The position numbers and the translations under genes are program-made. From contig DDSC01000038.1 of assembly GCA_002343265.1 (NCBI GenBank), positions 5,454 through 69,453 on the forward strand: a DNA stretch of 64,000 nt, written 5' to 3'. The first letter of the stretch is position 1; each line of letters opens with the position of its first letter. Under the pieces are notes generated by a model. The model ran no database searches. It was not told the DNA's origin and saw nothing but the letters and a program-made list of their open reading frames with translations. Shown here piece after piece: positions 20,094 through 29,131 of the stretch. This stretch comes from Micavibrio sp. UBA2400 (GTDB taxonomy: Bacteria; Pseudomonadota; Alphaproteobacteria; UBA2400).

Positions 20094-22451
20094 ATGATGA
20101 AACTTATTTGCCGCAACACAGGTCTAATCAAGCGCGACCAAGGCGGAGCCATCATGCTGATATTTGCGCTTTTGCTCGTGCCGATGTTGGGGTTGGTCGG
20201 TCTCGCTGTCGATACCGCTCGTGCGTATGCGGTTAAGCAGCGTTTGCAGGAAGCTATTGACTCTGCTTCGCTTGTGGCCGCTAAGAATTTTTCTGCCCCT
20301 AATCGCGATCAATTGATCAAAGACTATTTTGAAGCGAATTGGCGCACCGGCTTTATGAACACGGCAATGCCAACCCTGACCTTTTCAGTTAATCAGGCTC
20401 AGCGCACGGTTACAGTCAATGCGGTGGCCGTAATGCCAACGATTTTTGCGAAATTTATTAATTACCCCACCGTTACAGTGGGGACGCTAACCTCAGCCGT
20501 TAGTTCGCTGACTTATCTTGAGGTCGCGCTTGCGCTAGATAACACTGCGTCTATGCGAAATGAAGTTCTGCCCGGCGTTCGGCGCGTCGATGCGATGAAA
20601 ACGGCGGCAAAAAACTTTATTGATACCCTGTTTACGGTCAATGGCGTGCCGCAGGATACTATCCCTAATATGTGGGTTAGCGTAATTCCCTTCACAAGTA
20701 TGGTCAATGTCGGTGCCCAGCATACCAATTTTCTTAAAGCCAATACTTTAAATGGCATCTTGTGGGACTATCCGCGCAATTCAACTGCGCAGAATAGTTG
20801 GCGTGGATGTGTGTTCGAGCGCTCTTTCTATGAAAATGGTGCATATGCCGGACGCGATCTGACTGATCATTCTCCCGCTGTTGAGGCTTTTTTCCCTTAC
20901 CATGTTGTTCCGGCAGGGTTGCAGGCGTTTAGTCTGTGCGCTGCACCGCCACCATGCCCACCTGGCCAGAAAAAATGCTCTACAGCCCCAAATCTTGGTT
21001 GTGTTCCGCAGCCTTTTGTATGCCCCCCGGCTCCTCCATCGCCGCCACCTGCACCACCGCAGCCACCGCAACCGCCACCGCCGCCGCCGCCGGTGCCCCC
21101 GTGCACGGTTGATGGCTTCCCCTGCAAAGTAGCGCCACCGTCTTTGAAAGGTGTTGGTCTTGAGGCGCCATCTTCCAATCTTCACAATGTTGCCGCTTGT
21201 CGAAGTGCTCCGCCAGCTGCGGGGGTGGCTACATATATCGACTCCTACGCTATGAGTCCGATATCGCTTGTTTTCCAAACGCCAACCGGGATCAAAGTCT
21301 ATTATCCATCACCGGATGGGATGACTCCGATGGCCTTCAATAAGGCTTTTCCGGGCTACGATGATATGTCCGTCAGCGGGCCAAGGAATGTAAGCGGAGA
21401 TAGTATCTGTTGTCATGGTTCCAACGGTGGTGACCGTCTACAAAATATAGTAAGTTGGACAGCGACTGGACGTTGGATTGAGCCGTGGCCGACCAGCGGG
21501 ACGCCTAAGATTGGTGGTTGGGGTAACTCAGGCTGTGGCCTGCCCCTGTTGCCGTTGCAGGATAACCGCATCAAAATCAAAGCCAAGATTGATGAGATGG
21601 ATATTCCTCCACTCAAGTTTCCAGCCCTATCGGCTGGGCACCCGAGTAATCGCCCGGATCTTGGTTATGTCGGAACCTTGATCAATCAGGGACTGATCTG
21701 GGCGTGGCGGTCCTTATCGCCAAACTGGCAGGGCTATTGGAAGGAACCCAGCGGTACACCTTTGCCGAATAACCTTCCGCTGTCGTACACAACCGACGGA
21801 AGCTCGAAGGCCGTCGTTGTGATGACGGATGGGCTGAACTTTTTAGAGGACCCGTTCGCTCGTATTTCCCAGAATGGGGCTCTCTATTTTGGCCAGCTGA
21901 CATTAACTCTTTCGGCCGCAAGCCCCAACCTGAGTCCACATAATGCAGTTATCGATAATAATTATCTGACCGACTCTTCGGCCTACGGCACCTTAGGACG
22001 TGACATGACTCTCGCTCCGGGGGGGCAGTTCCGCGCCTACAACTTCTGTCGCGTCCGCCAGATGGCAAATCTTGAGCCGCATCTCTCGCCAGCACTCTGG
22101 GGCTGTAAAGAGTATGACGGCATGATCCGCAATGCGGCAGGGACGGTTTTGCGTTCCGGGGTTGGCACGTGGGGGCCTTATGATGTAACGTCAGCTCTGA
22201 CCGGGCCGTATTATACCGAGCTGCAAAGCCGACTGCTGAAGACCTGCCAGAACATGGTTGATAAAGGCATTCGGATCTACTTCATCCTGTTCGATATCGA
22301 TGATAATCCGCAGAAGGCTTCGGCTATGGCCGCGTTCAATACCTGTGTATCAAATCTGGGTGGCGTGTATGACGCCAGCAGTCCTGCACAGCTGAACAAC
22401 GCTTTCCAGAACATTGCGATCAGCCTGCGCTCGCTCCGGCTAAAACAATAA
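20094..22451 (+). CDS. TadG-like (TadE/TadG N-terminal motif) von Willebrand factor A domain protein with large Pro/Cys-rich insertion
   Basis: The N-terminal pseudopilin-like segment 'GGAIMLIFALLLVPMLGLVGLAVDTARAY' matches the TadE/G family. The vWA MIDAS motif 'LALDNTASM' lies near aa 147 and the matching 'VVVMTDG' motif near aa 590. Between them is a low-complexity tract 'PPPCPPGQKKC...PPAPPSPPPAPPQPPQPPPPPPPVPPC'. Confidence 0.6.
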   Translation: MMKLICRNTGLIKRDQGGAIMLIFALLLVPMLGLVGLAVDTARAYAVKQRLQEAIDSASLVAAKNFSAPNRDQLIKDYFEANWRTGFMNTAMPTLTFSVNQAQRTVTVNAVAVMPTIFAKFINYPTVTVGTLTSAVSSLTYLEVALALDNTASMRNEVLPGVRRVDAMKTAAKNFIDTLFTVNGVPQDTIPNMWVSVIPFTSMVNVGAQHTNFLKANTLNGILWDYPRNSTAQNSWRGCVFERSFYENGAYAGRDLTDHSPAVEAFFPYHVVPAGLQAFSLCAAPPPCPPGQKKCSTAPNLGCVPQPFVCPPAPPSPPPAPPQPPQPPPPPPPVPPCTVDGFPCKVAPPSLKGVGLEAPSSNLHNVAACRSAPPAAGVATYIDSYAMSPISLVFQTPTGIKVYYPSPDGMTPMAFNKAFPGYDDMSVSGPRNVSGDSICCHGSNGGDRLQNIVSWTATGRWIEPWPTSGTPKIGGWGNSGCGLPLLPLQDNRIKIKAKIDEMDIPPLKFPALSAGHPSNRPDLGYVGTLINQGLIWAWRSLSPNWQGYWKEPSGTPLPNNLPLSYTTDGSSKAVVVMTDGLNFLEDPFARISQNGALYFGQLTLTLSAASPNLSPHNAVIDNNYLTDSSAYGTLGRDMTLAPGGQFRAYNFCRVRQMANLEPHLSPALWGCKEYDGMIRNAAGTVLRSGVGTWGPYDVTSALTGPYYTELQSRLLKTCQNMVDKGIRIYFILFDIDDNPQKASAMAAFNTCVSNLGGVYDASSPAQLNNAFQNIAISLRSLRLKQ

Positions 22452-22467
22452 TGGATGTCATTTGCAA

Positions 22468-22497
22468 AAGCCCTCACCAACTGGTGAGGGCTTTTTA
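22468..22497. terminator. Bidirectional rho-independent terminator between the tadG-like gene and gltX
   Basis: GCCCTCACC-aact-GGTGAGGGC hairpin followed by TTTTT. Confidence 0.6.
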
Positions 22498-22511
22498 TTG
22501 CAGTGAATTGA

Positions 22512-23918
22512 CTAGGCGCTGACCGAGGCTTTGATACGATGGATGACAACCTCACGATCGAGGTGCTCCATCACTTCAAAAATAGGCGGGGTGACGGTCA
22601 AGCCGGTGACCGCCGCCCGCAGCGGCTGGGCGAGGGCACCCAGTTTAATACCTTTCTCCTCAGTAAAGCTGCGTACGCTGGCTTCCAGCGCTGTAGCTGT
22701 CCAGTCGTTTTGGGCTGCAAGTCGGGGCAGGAAGCTTTCTAACAGTGCTTTATTGCCTTCGTCAGCGAGCAACGCTCGCGCTTTGCTGTCGTTCGTTGCC
22801 GCGTGCTCCATCACGTAGACCATGGCGGCATCGGCCAGCTCAATGAGTGTTTCGGCGCGTGTCTTCAGGCTGTTCATCCCACGCAAGACTTTTTGCTGAG
22901 CCATCTCACCAACCGTAAAGCTCGCCTTTTCGCTTAGGAGCGGGAGAATAAGCGAGAGGAGCCGCGCATTGTCAGCCTGACGTATATAATGAGCATTGAG
23001 GCTGCGTAGTTTTTTGGTATCGAACCGGGCTGGCGACTTTTGCAAGCCATCTGTATCAAACCACTCTATCGCTTGTGCATCGGAGATGATCTCATCATCG
23101 CCATGTGCCCAGCCCAAGCGCAGCAGATAGTTGCGCACGGCCTCCGGCAGATAGCCCATGAACTGATATTCGTGCAAACCTACAGCGCCATGGCGCTTAG
23201 AAAGTTTCTTGCCATCCTCACCGTTAATAAGCGGAATATGGCCAAACTTCGGCACATCCCAACCCATTGCCTTGTAAATCTGAACTTGGCGGAAGGTGTT
23301 GGTCATGTGATCCTGACCACGCAGCACATGGGTAATGCCCATGTCGTGATCGTCCACTACAACAGCCAACATATAGGTGGGGGTGCCATCGGAGCGTAAT
23401 AACACCATGTCATCAAGTTCAGTGTTGTTGACGCTGATTTCTCCTAGCACGAGATCCCTCACCACGGTCGCCCCGACCTGTGGCGCCTTCAAGCGGATGA
23501 CGGGCTTGGCGCCAGCCGGAGCATCTTTCGGGTCACGGTCGCGCCAGCGGCCATCATATTTCTGGGGTAAGCCTTTGGCCTTCTGCTCCTCGCGCATCTG
23601 CTCAAGTTCAGCGGGCGTGGCATAGCAATAATAGGCATGGCCCTTAGCCAGCATTTCGCGCGCGATTTCGGCATGACGAGGCGAGCGCTCAAACTGGAAC
23701 GTGACATCCTCATCCCAGTTCAGGCCCAGCCATTTCATACCGTCAATCAGGGCGGTGACTGCCTCTGGCGTCGAACGCTCGCGGTCCGTATCCTCTATCC
23801 GCAGGAGAAACTGGCCCTTATGATGCTTGGCATAGAGGTAATTGAACAGCGCTGTGCGCGCCGTACCAATGTGCATATAGCCCGTGGGCGAGGGGGCGAT
23901 GCGAACGCGGACGGTCAT
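22512..23918 (-). CDS. gltX: Glutamyl-tRNA synthetase
   Basis: 468 aa with the class I HIGH motif 'PSPTGYMHIGTARTA' and the KMSKS-like 'KLSKRHG'. Confidence 0.9.
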   Translation of the reverse strand: MTVRVRIAPSPTGYMHIGTARTALFNYLYAKHHKGQFLLRIEDTDRERSTPEAVTALIDGMKWLGLNWDEDVTFQFERSPRHAEIAREMLAKGHAYYCYATPAELEQMREEQKAKGLPQKYDGRWRDRDPKDAPAGAKPVIRLKAPQVGATVVRDLVLGEISVNNTELDDMVLLRSDGTPTYMLAVVVDDHDMGITHVLRGQDHMTNTFRQVQIYKAMGWDVPKFGHIPLINGEDGKKLSKRHGAVGLHEYQFMGYLPEAVRNYLLRLGWAHGDDEIISDAQAIEWFDTDGLQKSPARFDTKKLRSLNAHYIRQADNARLLSLILPLLSEKASFTVGEMAQQKVLRGMNSLKTRAETLIELADAAMVYVMEHAATNDSKARALLADEGNKALLESFLPRLAAQNDWTATALEASVRSFTEEKGIKLGALAQPLRAAVTGLTVTPPIFEVMEHLDREVVIHRIKASVSA

Positions 23919-23924
23919 GGTCGG

Positions 23925-24377
23925 TTACGCTGCCTTTTTCTTCTCAGCCCGACCTTCACCGCTCTTACCAAGGCCAATTTTTTTGGCGAAGTCCGAGCGC
24001 TGGGCGGCGTATTTGGGGGCTACCATCGGGTACTCGGCCGGCAGACTCCACTTGGCGCGGTACTGCTCTGGGGTCATGTTGTAAACGGTGCGCAAGTGGC
24101 GCTTGAGCATCTTGAGCTTTTTGCCATCCTCCAGACAAATAATATATTCAGGCGTGATGGACTTTTTAACCGGAACCGCAGGCTTGCCAGCTTCAACCTT
24201 CTCTGGCGCGGTGTTGGTGTGGTTACGGCTCAGGCTGCCCAAGGAACTGTGCACGGTACGGATCAGCTCGGGCACCTGATTAACCGGCACCGTGTTTTTA
24301 GCCAGATAGGCCGACACAATATCGCTCGTCAGCTTGATGAGGTCGGACTTCTTGTTATCGGTATTGACGTCAGACAT
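23925..24377 (-). CDS. mucR: MucR/Ros family zinc-finger transcriptional regulator
   Basis: 150 aa from the ATG at 24375-24377, which has an AGGAG RBS. It carries the Ros/MucR C2H2 region 'PEYIICLEDGKKLKMLKRHLRTVYNMTPEQYRAKW'. Confidence 0.8.
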   Translation of the reverse strand: MSDVNTDNKKSDLIKLTSDIVSAYLAKNTVPVNQVPELIRTVHSSLGSLSRNHTNTAPEKVEAGKPAVPVKKSITPEYIICLEDGKKLKMLKRHLRTVYNMTPEQYRAKWSLPAEYPMVAPKYAAQRSDFAKKIGLGKSGEGRAEKKKAA

Positions 24378-24498
24378 GGAAAACTCCTGAATCGGAAAAT
24401 TCGCTTCTTTTGTCACTGTGGCGCTATCAAGTCAAGCTGTGAGTAAAATAAAGTAATGAATACTTGCCGATTCTTTAAATTCAGGCCAAAGTGACTGC

Positions 24499-24933
24499 AT
24501 GACTGAAAAAAACATTGCCATCGCCAGCGACCATTCCGGTATCGAATTACGCGCTGTTTTGCGAGATTTGATTGGCCAATTGGGGTATACCGCGCTTGAT
24601 CTGGGGCCGGAATGCACTGATTCTGTCGATTACCCGGATTATGCTGCTAAAGTTGTACAGGCGGTTGCTGCCAAACACGCCCGCTTTGGTGTCCTGATAT
24701 GCGGGACAGGCATTGGCATGAGTATCGCTGCCAACCGCCACAGCGGAATTCGTGCGGCTATGTGTCATGATGTCACCACCGCACGGCTTGCCCGCCAGCA
24801 CAATGATGCGCAAGTCCTTTGTTTGGGTGCTCGTGTGGTGGGAACAGAAGTCGCACGGGATTGTCTGGTGACTTTTCTGGAGGCTAGCTATGAAGGTGGT
24901 CGGCACCAGCGCCGGGTGGACAAGCTCGGCTAA
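24499..24933 (+). CDS. rpiB: Ribose-5-phosphate isomerase B
   Basis: 144 aa in the RpiB/LacAB family with 'IAIASDHSGIELR' and the 'LICGTGIGMSIAANR' motif. Confidence 0.85.
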   Translation: MTEKNIAIASDHSGIELRAVLRDLIGQLGYTALDLGPECTDSVDYPDYAAKVVQAVAAKHARFGVLICGTGIGMSIAANRHSGIRAAMCHDVTTARLARQHNDAQVLCLGARVVGTEVARDCLVTFLEASYEGGRHQRRVDKLG

Positions 24934-24970
24934 GCCATTATAACGGGTGTCTAACCATATGAGGCCCGCC

Positions 24971-26275
24971 ATGACCGCCGCACACGCCAAGTTAATCGAT
25001 ACTGGATATTTTTCGCAGGATGTGGCCAGCCGCGATCCCGAGCTGTTCGCCGCATTACGTAATGAGCTGAAGCGTGAGCAGGATCAAATCGAGCTGATCG
25101 CCTCCGAGAATATCGTCAGCCGCGCGGTGCTGCAGGCGCAGGGCAGTGTGCTGACCAACAAATACGCCGAGGGTTATCCGCACAAGCGATACTACGGTGG
25201 CTGCGAGGCGGTCGATATCGCTGAGGAACTGGCGATCACCCGCGCCAAGCAGCTTTTTAACTGCGCGTTTGCCAATGTGCAGCCGCACAGTGGCGCACAG
25301 GCTAATCAGGCCGTTTTTATGGCGTTGCTCCAGCCTGGCGATACCTTTATGGGTCTTGATCTGGCCTGTGGCGGACACCTGACGCACGGTTCGCCCGCCA
25401 ACCAGTCCGGCAAATGGTTCAAGGCGATCGGCTATGGCCTGACGGCGGATGGCACGATTGATTATGACCAGGCGCTAAAGCTGGCGCAGGAGCATAAACC
25501 GAAACTTATTATTACAGGGGGGTCGGCCTATTCCCGCATCATTGACTTTGTCCGCTTCCGCAAAATTGCCGACAGCGTGGGGGCACTGCTGATGGTGGAT
25601 ATGGCGCATTTTGCCGGTTTGGTAGCGGGCGGCGTCTATCCCAGTCCGCTGCCGCATGCGCATGTGGTGACCACGACGACCCACAAAACCCTGCGTGGCC
25701 CGCGCGGTGGCATGATTTTGTGTAACGACGAAGCTTTGGGCAAGAAAGTCAACTCGGCTGTATTTCCCGGTTTGCAAGGTGGCCCGTTGATGCATGTGAT
25801 TGCCGCCAAGGCGGTGGCATTTGGCGAGGCGCTCCGGCCTGAGTTTAAGGGTTACGCCAGCGCTGTCGTTGAAAATGCCAAAGCACTGGCGGCGAGTATG
25901 GTCGAGCAAGGCTTTGCTATCGTTTCGGGCGGCACGGATAGCCATTTGATGCTGGTCGATTTGCGGCCCAAGGGTGTAACAGGCCGTGCGGCCGAGTTGA
26001 GCCTTGATAAGGCAGGTATCACCTGCAACAAAAACAGCATTCCGAATGATCCAGAAAAACCGATGGTGACTTCGGGCATTCGCCTTGGCTCGCCTGCAGG
26101 CACCACGCGCGGCTTTGGCGTAGCTGAGTTCCGCCTGATCGGCCAGTATATTGGCGAAGTTCTTACCGCTCTGGCGCAAAACCCTGAGGATAACAGCAAG
26201 ACAGAAGCAGCGGTACGCGCCAAGGTGCGGGAGCTGTGTGCCCGTTTCCCGATTTATATTGAGGCGAATGTGTAA
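24971..26275 (+). CDS. glyA: Serine hydroxymethyltransferase
   Basis: It has the PLP-binding '[16 protein letters not shown]' motif. The start was moved to the ATG at 24971, which has a GAGG RBS. Confidence 0.9.
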   Translation: MTAAHAKLIDTGYFSQDVASRDPELFAALRNELKREQDQIELIASENIVSRAVLQAQGSVLTNKYAEGYPHKRYYGGCEAVDIAEELAITRAKQLFNCAFANVQPHSGAQANQAVFMALLQPGDTFMGLDLACGGHLTHGSPANQSGKWFKAIGYGLTADGTIDYDQALKLAQEHKPKLIITGGSAYSRIIDFVRFRKIADSVGALLMVDMAHFAGLVAGGVYPSPLPHAHVVTTTTHKTLRGPRGGMILCNDEALGKKVNSAVFPGLQGGPLMHVIAAKAVAFGEALRPEFKGYASAVVENAKALAASMVEQGFAIVSGGTDSHLMLVDLRPKGVTGRAAELSLDKAGITCNKNSIPNDPEKPMVTSGIRLGSPAGTTRGFGVAEFRLIGQYIGEVLTALAQNPEDNSKTEAAVRAKVRELCARFPIYIEANV

Positions 26276-26733
26276 TGCGCTGTCCCTTTTGTAATCACGA
26301 CGATACCCAAGTGAAAGATAGCCGCCCAACCGAGGATAACTCGGCCATACGGCGACGTCGGCAATGCCCAAATTGCAACGGTCGCTTTACTACGTTTGAA
26401 CGCGTCCAACTGCGCGAACTGACTGTGGTTAAAGCCAATGGTACGCGTCAGCCGTTTGACCGTGAGAAGCTCTTGCGTTCCCTCAAACTTTGTCTGCGCA
26501 AGCGCCCAGTGAGCGAGGAGCGCATTGAGCAAGTGGCAAATTCACTGGTCCGTCAGCTCGAAACTTCGGGAGAGAGCGAAATTACGTCGGCGCAAATTGG
26601 CGCGATGGTGATGGACGTCTTGGTTGATCTCGATCAGGTGGCGTTCGTTCGCTATGCGTCAGTCTACAAGGATTTTCGCGAAGCCAAAGACTATAACGAG
26701 TTTATCCGGCAGTTACAAAGCCGCGAGCGCTAA
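26275..26733 (+). CDS. nrdR: Transcriptional repressor NrdR
   Basis: 152 aa with an N-terminal zinc ribbon '[18 protein letters not shown]...[17 protein letters not shown]' followed by an ATP-cone. Its ATG overlaps the glyA stop (TAATG). Confidence 0.9.
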   Translation: MRCPFCNHDDTQVKDSRPTEDNSAIRRRRQCPNCNGRFTTFERVQLRELTVVKANGTRQPFDREKLLRSLKLCLRKRPVSEERIEQVANSLVRQLETSGESEITSAQIGAMVMDVLVDLDQVAFVRYASVYKDFREAKDYNEFIRQLQSRER

Positions 26734-27230
26734 TAAACTGTTACAGTCAGTTTGACCTTCTCGCCACCACCCTTTTCAGGTGAGGCGACCCAGACATTAT
26801 AGCCGCCCGCTTCGGTGTTCCTGAAAACAAGGCGCGGATTGCTATCGCTGTCGCTGGTATCATCAGCACAAAGCCATTCACTGTTAGATGTATAAACCAC
26901 TAAACTGGTATCGGCGGTCGCCTGCGCCGCGATCGTCAGAGTTTTGTTGGTCTTGTCCCCCGGCTCGCTATCCTCGGCAAAATTGATATCAACATCCGGT
27001 TTCTCAAAATTGACAAATCCGGCGCAGTTATGACCAAGCCCGTTCACTTCACGGTCACCGCCAGCTTCGATAGTGGTAAAACGCTCGGTGGGGGCGTTTG
27101 GCAGCCTGAGAACACCATAGAGGGCATCAGCTTCCCAATTCGGCTGGGTGTTATTCTCCTTAGAAACGGCTGCTGTACAAGGCGTGGAAAGGATCAAGGC
27201 AGTGAGAAGAAGAAAAGGGAGTTTGTTCAT
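26730..27230 (-). CDS. Hypothetical secreted protein occupying the position where ribDEH usually lie
   Basis: 166 aa with a signal peptide '[20 protein letters not shown]' and no recognisable domain. Confidence 0.45.
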   Translation of the reverse strand: MNKLPFLLLTALILSTPCTAAVSKENNTQPNWEADALYGVLRLPNAPTERFTTIEAGGDREVNGLGHNCAGFVNFEKPDVDINFAEDSEPGDKTNKTLTIAAQATADTSLVVYTSNSEWLCADDTSDSDSNPRLVFRNTEAGGYNVWVASPEKGGGEKVKLTVTVY

Positions 27231-27328
27231 AGTCGCATTTTACGTCTCATTTCCTTTCGGGCAAGCAGTAAGAGCTTGCTAAGACAAGGCATTATAGGCT
27301 ATGAGAGCCGCCGGATAAGGATACACCC

Positions 27329-27814
27329 ATGGCCAGCCCTAGTTCTGCTAAAGCTCGTCGCACCGCTGCCCGTCTGGCCGCAGTTCAGGCGCTTTATCAG
27401 CTCGATATGGGAGAGGGGCCATCGCGCAAAGCTGTCTATGATTTGATGCAACTCCGTCAGGACGACATCCCCGAAGCCCTAGTCGAGCCTGACGAAACGT
27501 TACTTAAGAGTATTTCCGAGGGTGTACCTAATCGCCTGGGTGATATTGACGGGTTGCTGACTAGCGCCTTGTCGCAAAGTCGCTCACTCAGCCGTGGCGA
27601 GATTGTATTGCGCGCCGTGCTACGGGCGGGGACGTATGAGCTGCTGACCGATGGCGAAACCGCGCCCGGCATCATCATCAACGACTACGTCAATGTGGCT
27701 CACGCATTCTTTACCGACAATGAGCCAGCCAAGGTCAATGGCGTACTGAATGCGGTGGCACAAGCTCTAGGGCGGGGGCGCGAGGCTTCCGCCGTGGGCG
27801 GGTCCAAGGCGTAG
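27329..27814 (+). CDS. nusB: Transcription antitermination factor NusB
   Basis: 161 aa with 'ARRTAARLAAVQALYQLDM' and a helical NusB profile. Confidence 0.8.
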   Translation: MASPSSAKARRTAARLAAVQALYQLDMGEGPSRKAVYDLMQLRQDDIPEALVEPDETLLKSISEGVPNRLGDIDGLLTSALSQSRSLSRGEIVLRAVLRAGTYELLTDGETAPGIIINDYVNVAHAFFTDNEPAKVNGVLNAVAQALGRGREASAVGGSKA

Positions 27815-28205
27815 GCTCGGCGCATGTAAAGTAGCGCCCATTAGCGTAGCCACTGAGTTCAATTCCATATTGATGGAGCCGGTTAAAAATGGTGGTCGCT
27901 TCGGTCATAGCTTCCTTCCGACTGAGCGCGTCAATGGCCAGATAATCGGGAGCCTCGCCATACATGCGACTGCGCCGTACATACTCAATCCTCGTTACAT
28001 CCTCAGCCAGCTTTTTTATGCAGCCGAGATCGGAATGGCCGGGCCAACTTGGGTAGGGGCGTGGATCCTGCCAGTCGACCGGAATGTCAAGAAGTCGGGC
28101 GCGCTCAACCAGATATTGACCCTCTGGTACATGGCTCATGAGATGGCAGAGCACACGGTGCCGGCTTTGTGCGATGGCGATATCAAGATGTTGTCCACGG
28201 ATCAT
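27735..28205 (-). CDS. Hypothetical protein (unassigned), ATGA-coupled to the upstream ORF
   Basis: 156-aa ORF. Its 3' end overlaps the nusB 3' end by 80 nt in a convergent arrangement. No confident family. It shows only a weak, unconvincing resemblance to pyrimidine-dimer glycosylase-type N-termini. Confidence 0.35.
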   Translation of the reverse strand: MIRGQHLDIAIAQSRHRVLCHLMSHVPEGQYLVERARLLDIPVDWQDPRPYPSWPGHSDLGCIKKLAEDVTRIEYVRRSRMYGEAPDYLAIDALSRKEAMTEATTIFNRLHQYGIELSGYANGRYFTCAEPTPWTRPRRKPRAPALELVPPHSVRH

Positions 28206-28621
28206 GGCATGACCTCCAGAGCCCGAATGGCCTTGCGGGGCTGAGTTTGAACAACAGGCTCGGCAAAGATGGTGCGATTGGCGGTGCGGATCAGGTCCTG
28301 CGCGATTCTAGACGACCGGTCATAATGGGAAGTCTGTGGGGCATCCGGTCGAACCTGAGCACAGAGTGCATAAACATCCTGAATCATGAAGAGAGCCGTA
28401 GAACTGAGATGCAAAGGACTAGCCTGCTGTGGAAGACGGCTGCTACCGCCGACATCAATTCCGCGCATTCGGGCTTCTTCAAGCAGTTTCCGACCTTCGT
28501 GGCATTGCATCAGAGCGCCGGTTAGCCGGGCTTTACGCGCTGTTTCTGCTGCTTTTTCAAGGATTGGGGCTTGCGTGGTCATCCGAAAGTCCTTCCTGCC
28601 TGATTTTTTGTTCCAGTTCAT
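28202..28621 (-). CDS. Hypothetical protein (unassigned)
   Basis: 139-aa ORF with an alternative start MTTQAPIL at 28583. Its stop overlaps the start of the ORF at 27735-28205 (ATGA). Confidence 0.35.
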   Translation of the reverse strand: MNWNKKSGRKDFRMTTQAPILEKAAETARKARLTGALMQCHEGRKLLEEARMRGIDVGGSSRLPQQASPLHLSSTALFMIQDVYALCAQVRPDAPQTSHYDRSSRIAQDLIRTANRTIFAEPVVQTQPRKAIRALEVMP

Positions 28622-28720
28622 ACCGACTGGTAAGCTCTCCTTTGCAGTATAGTTAAAGCAAGTTAAGCTTGCCAGATTTTAATGATTCGATTTCCCTCAA
28701 ATTGCGGCTATATCAGAGGC

Positions 28721-29131
28721 ATGACGACTCTCGCGCACCTACTTGATGATTTCGAGTTCCTGACGGATTGGGAGGATCGTTATCGCCACCTGATTGAACT
28801 TGGACATACTTTGCCGGGGCTAGCGGAGGACGAGCACACCGAGGCAAATAGGGTCACTGGTTGTATGAGCCAGGTTTGGCTTGTCGCGGATCAGCAGCCG
28901 GATGGACGGTATATTTTTCGGGCGGATAGCGATGGGATCATTGCCAAGGGCCTTATTGCCATTGTGTTGCTCGCCTACTCCGGCAAAACTTCAGCTGAGA
29001 TTGCAGCGGTTGATATTGATACAATCTTCAAACAGCTTGGCCTTGATCAGCACTTGGTCGTCAACCGACGCAATGGATTTTTTGCCATGGTGGCCCGGAT
29101 CAAGGCTTTGGCGCAGGTTCCGGCGCACTAA
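28721..29131 (+). CDS. sufE: SufE-like cysteine desulfuration sulfur acceptor
   Basis: 137 aa from the ATG at 28721. The SufE family motif is 'ANRVTGCMSQVWL' with a conserved Cys. Confidence 0.7.
   Translation: MTTLAHLLDDFEFLTDWEDRYRHLIELGHTLPGLAEDEHTEANRVTGCMSQVWLVADQQPDGRYIFRADSDGIIAKGLIAIVLLAYSGKTSAEIAAVDIDTIFKQLGLDQHLVVNRRNGFFAMVARIKALAQVPAH

Noticed and set aside
20781-21278. Minus-strand ORFs (165 aa Arg/Trp-rich; 93 aa Gly-rich) opposite the Pro-rich tract of the TadG-like gene.
   Set aside because: They are the complement of CCN-rich proline codons, which gives Gly/Arg/Trp runs, and are not genuine genes.
27870-28525. Plus-strand ORFs (124 aa, 118 aa) opposite the two unknown minus-strand genes after nusB.
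   Set aside because: The minus-strand pair shows ATGA coupling and better protein-like composition. The plus-strand ORFs lack RBSs. I chose the minus-strand models, with low confidence.
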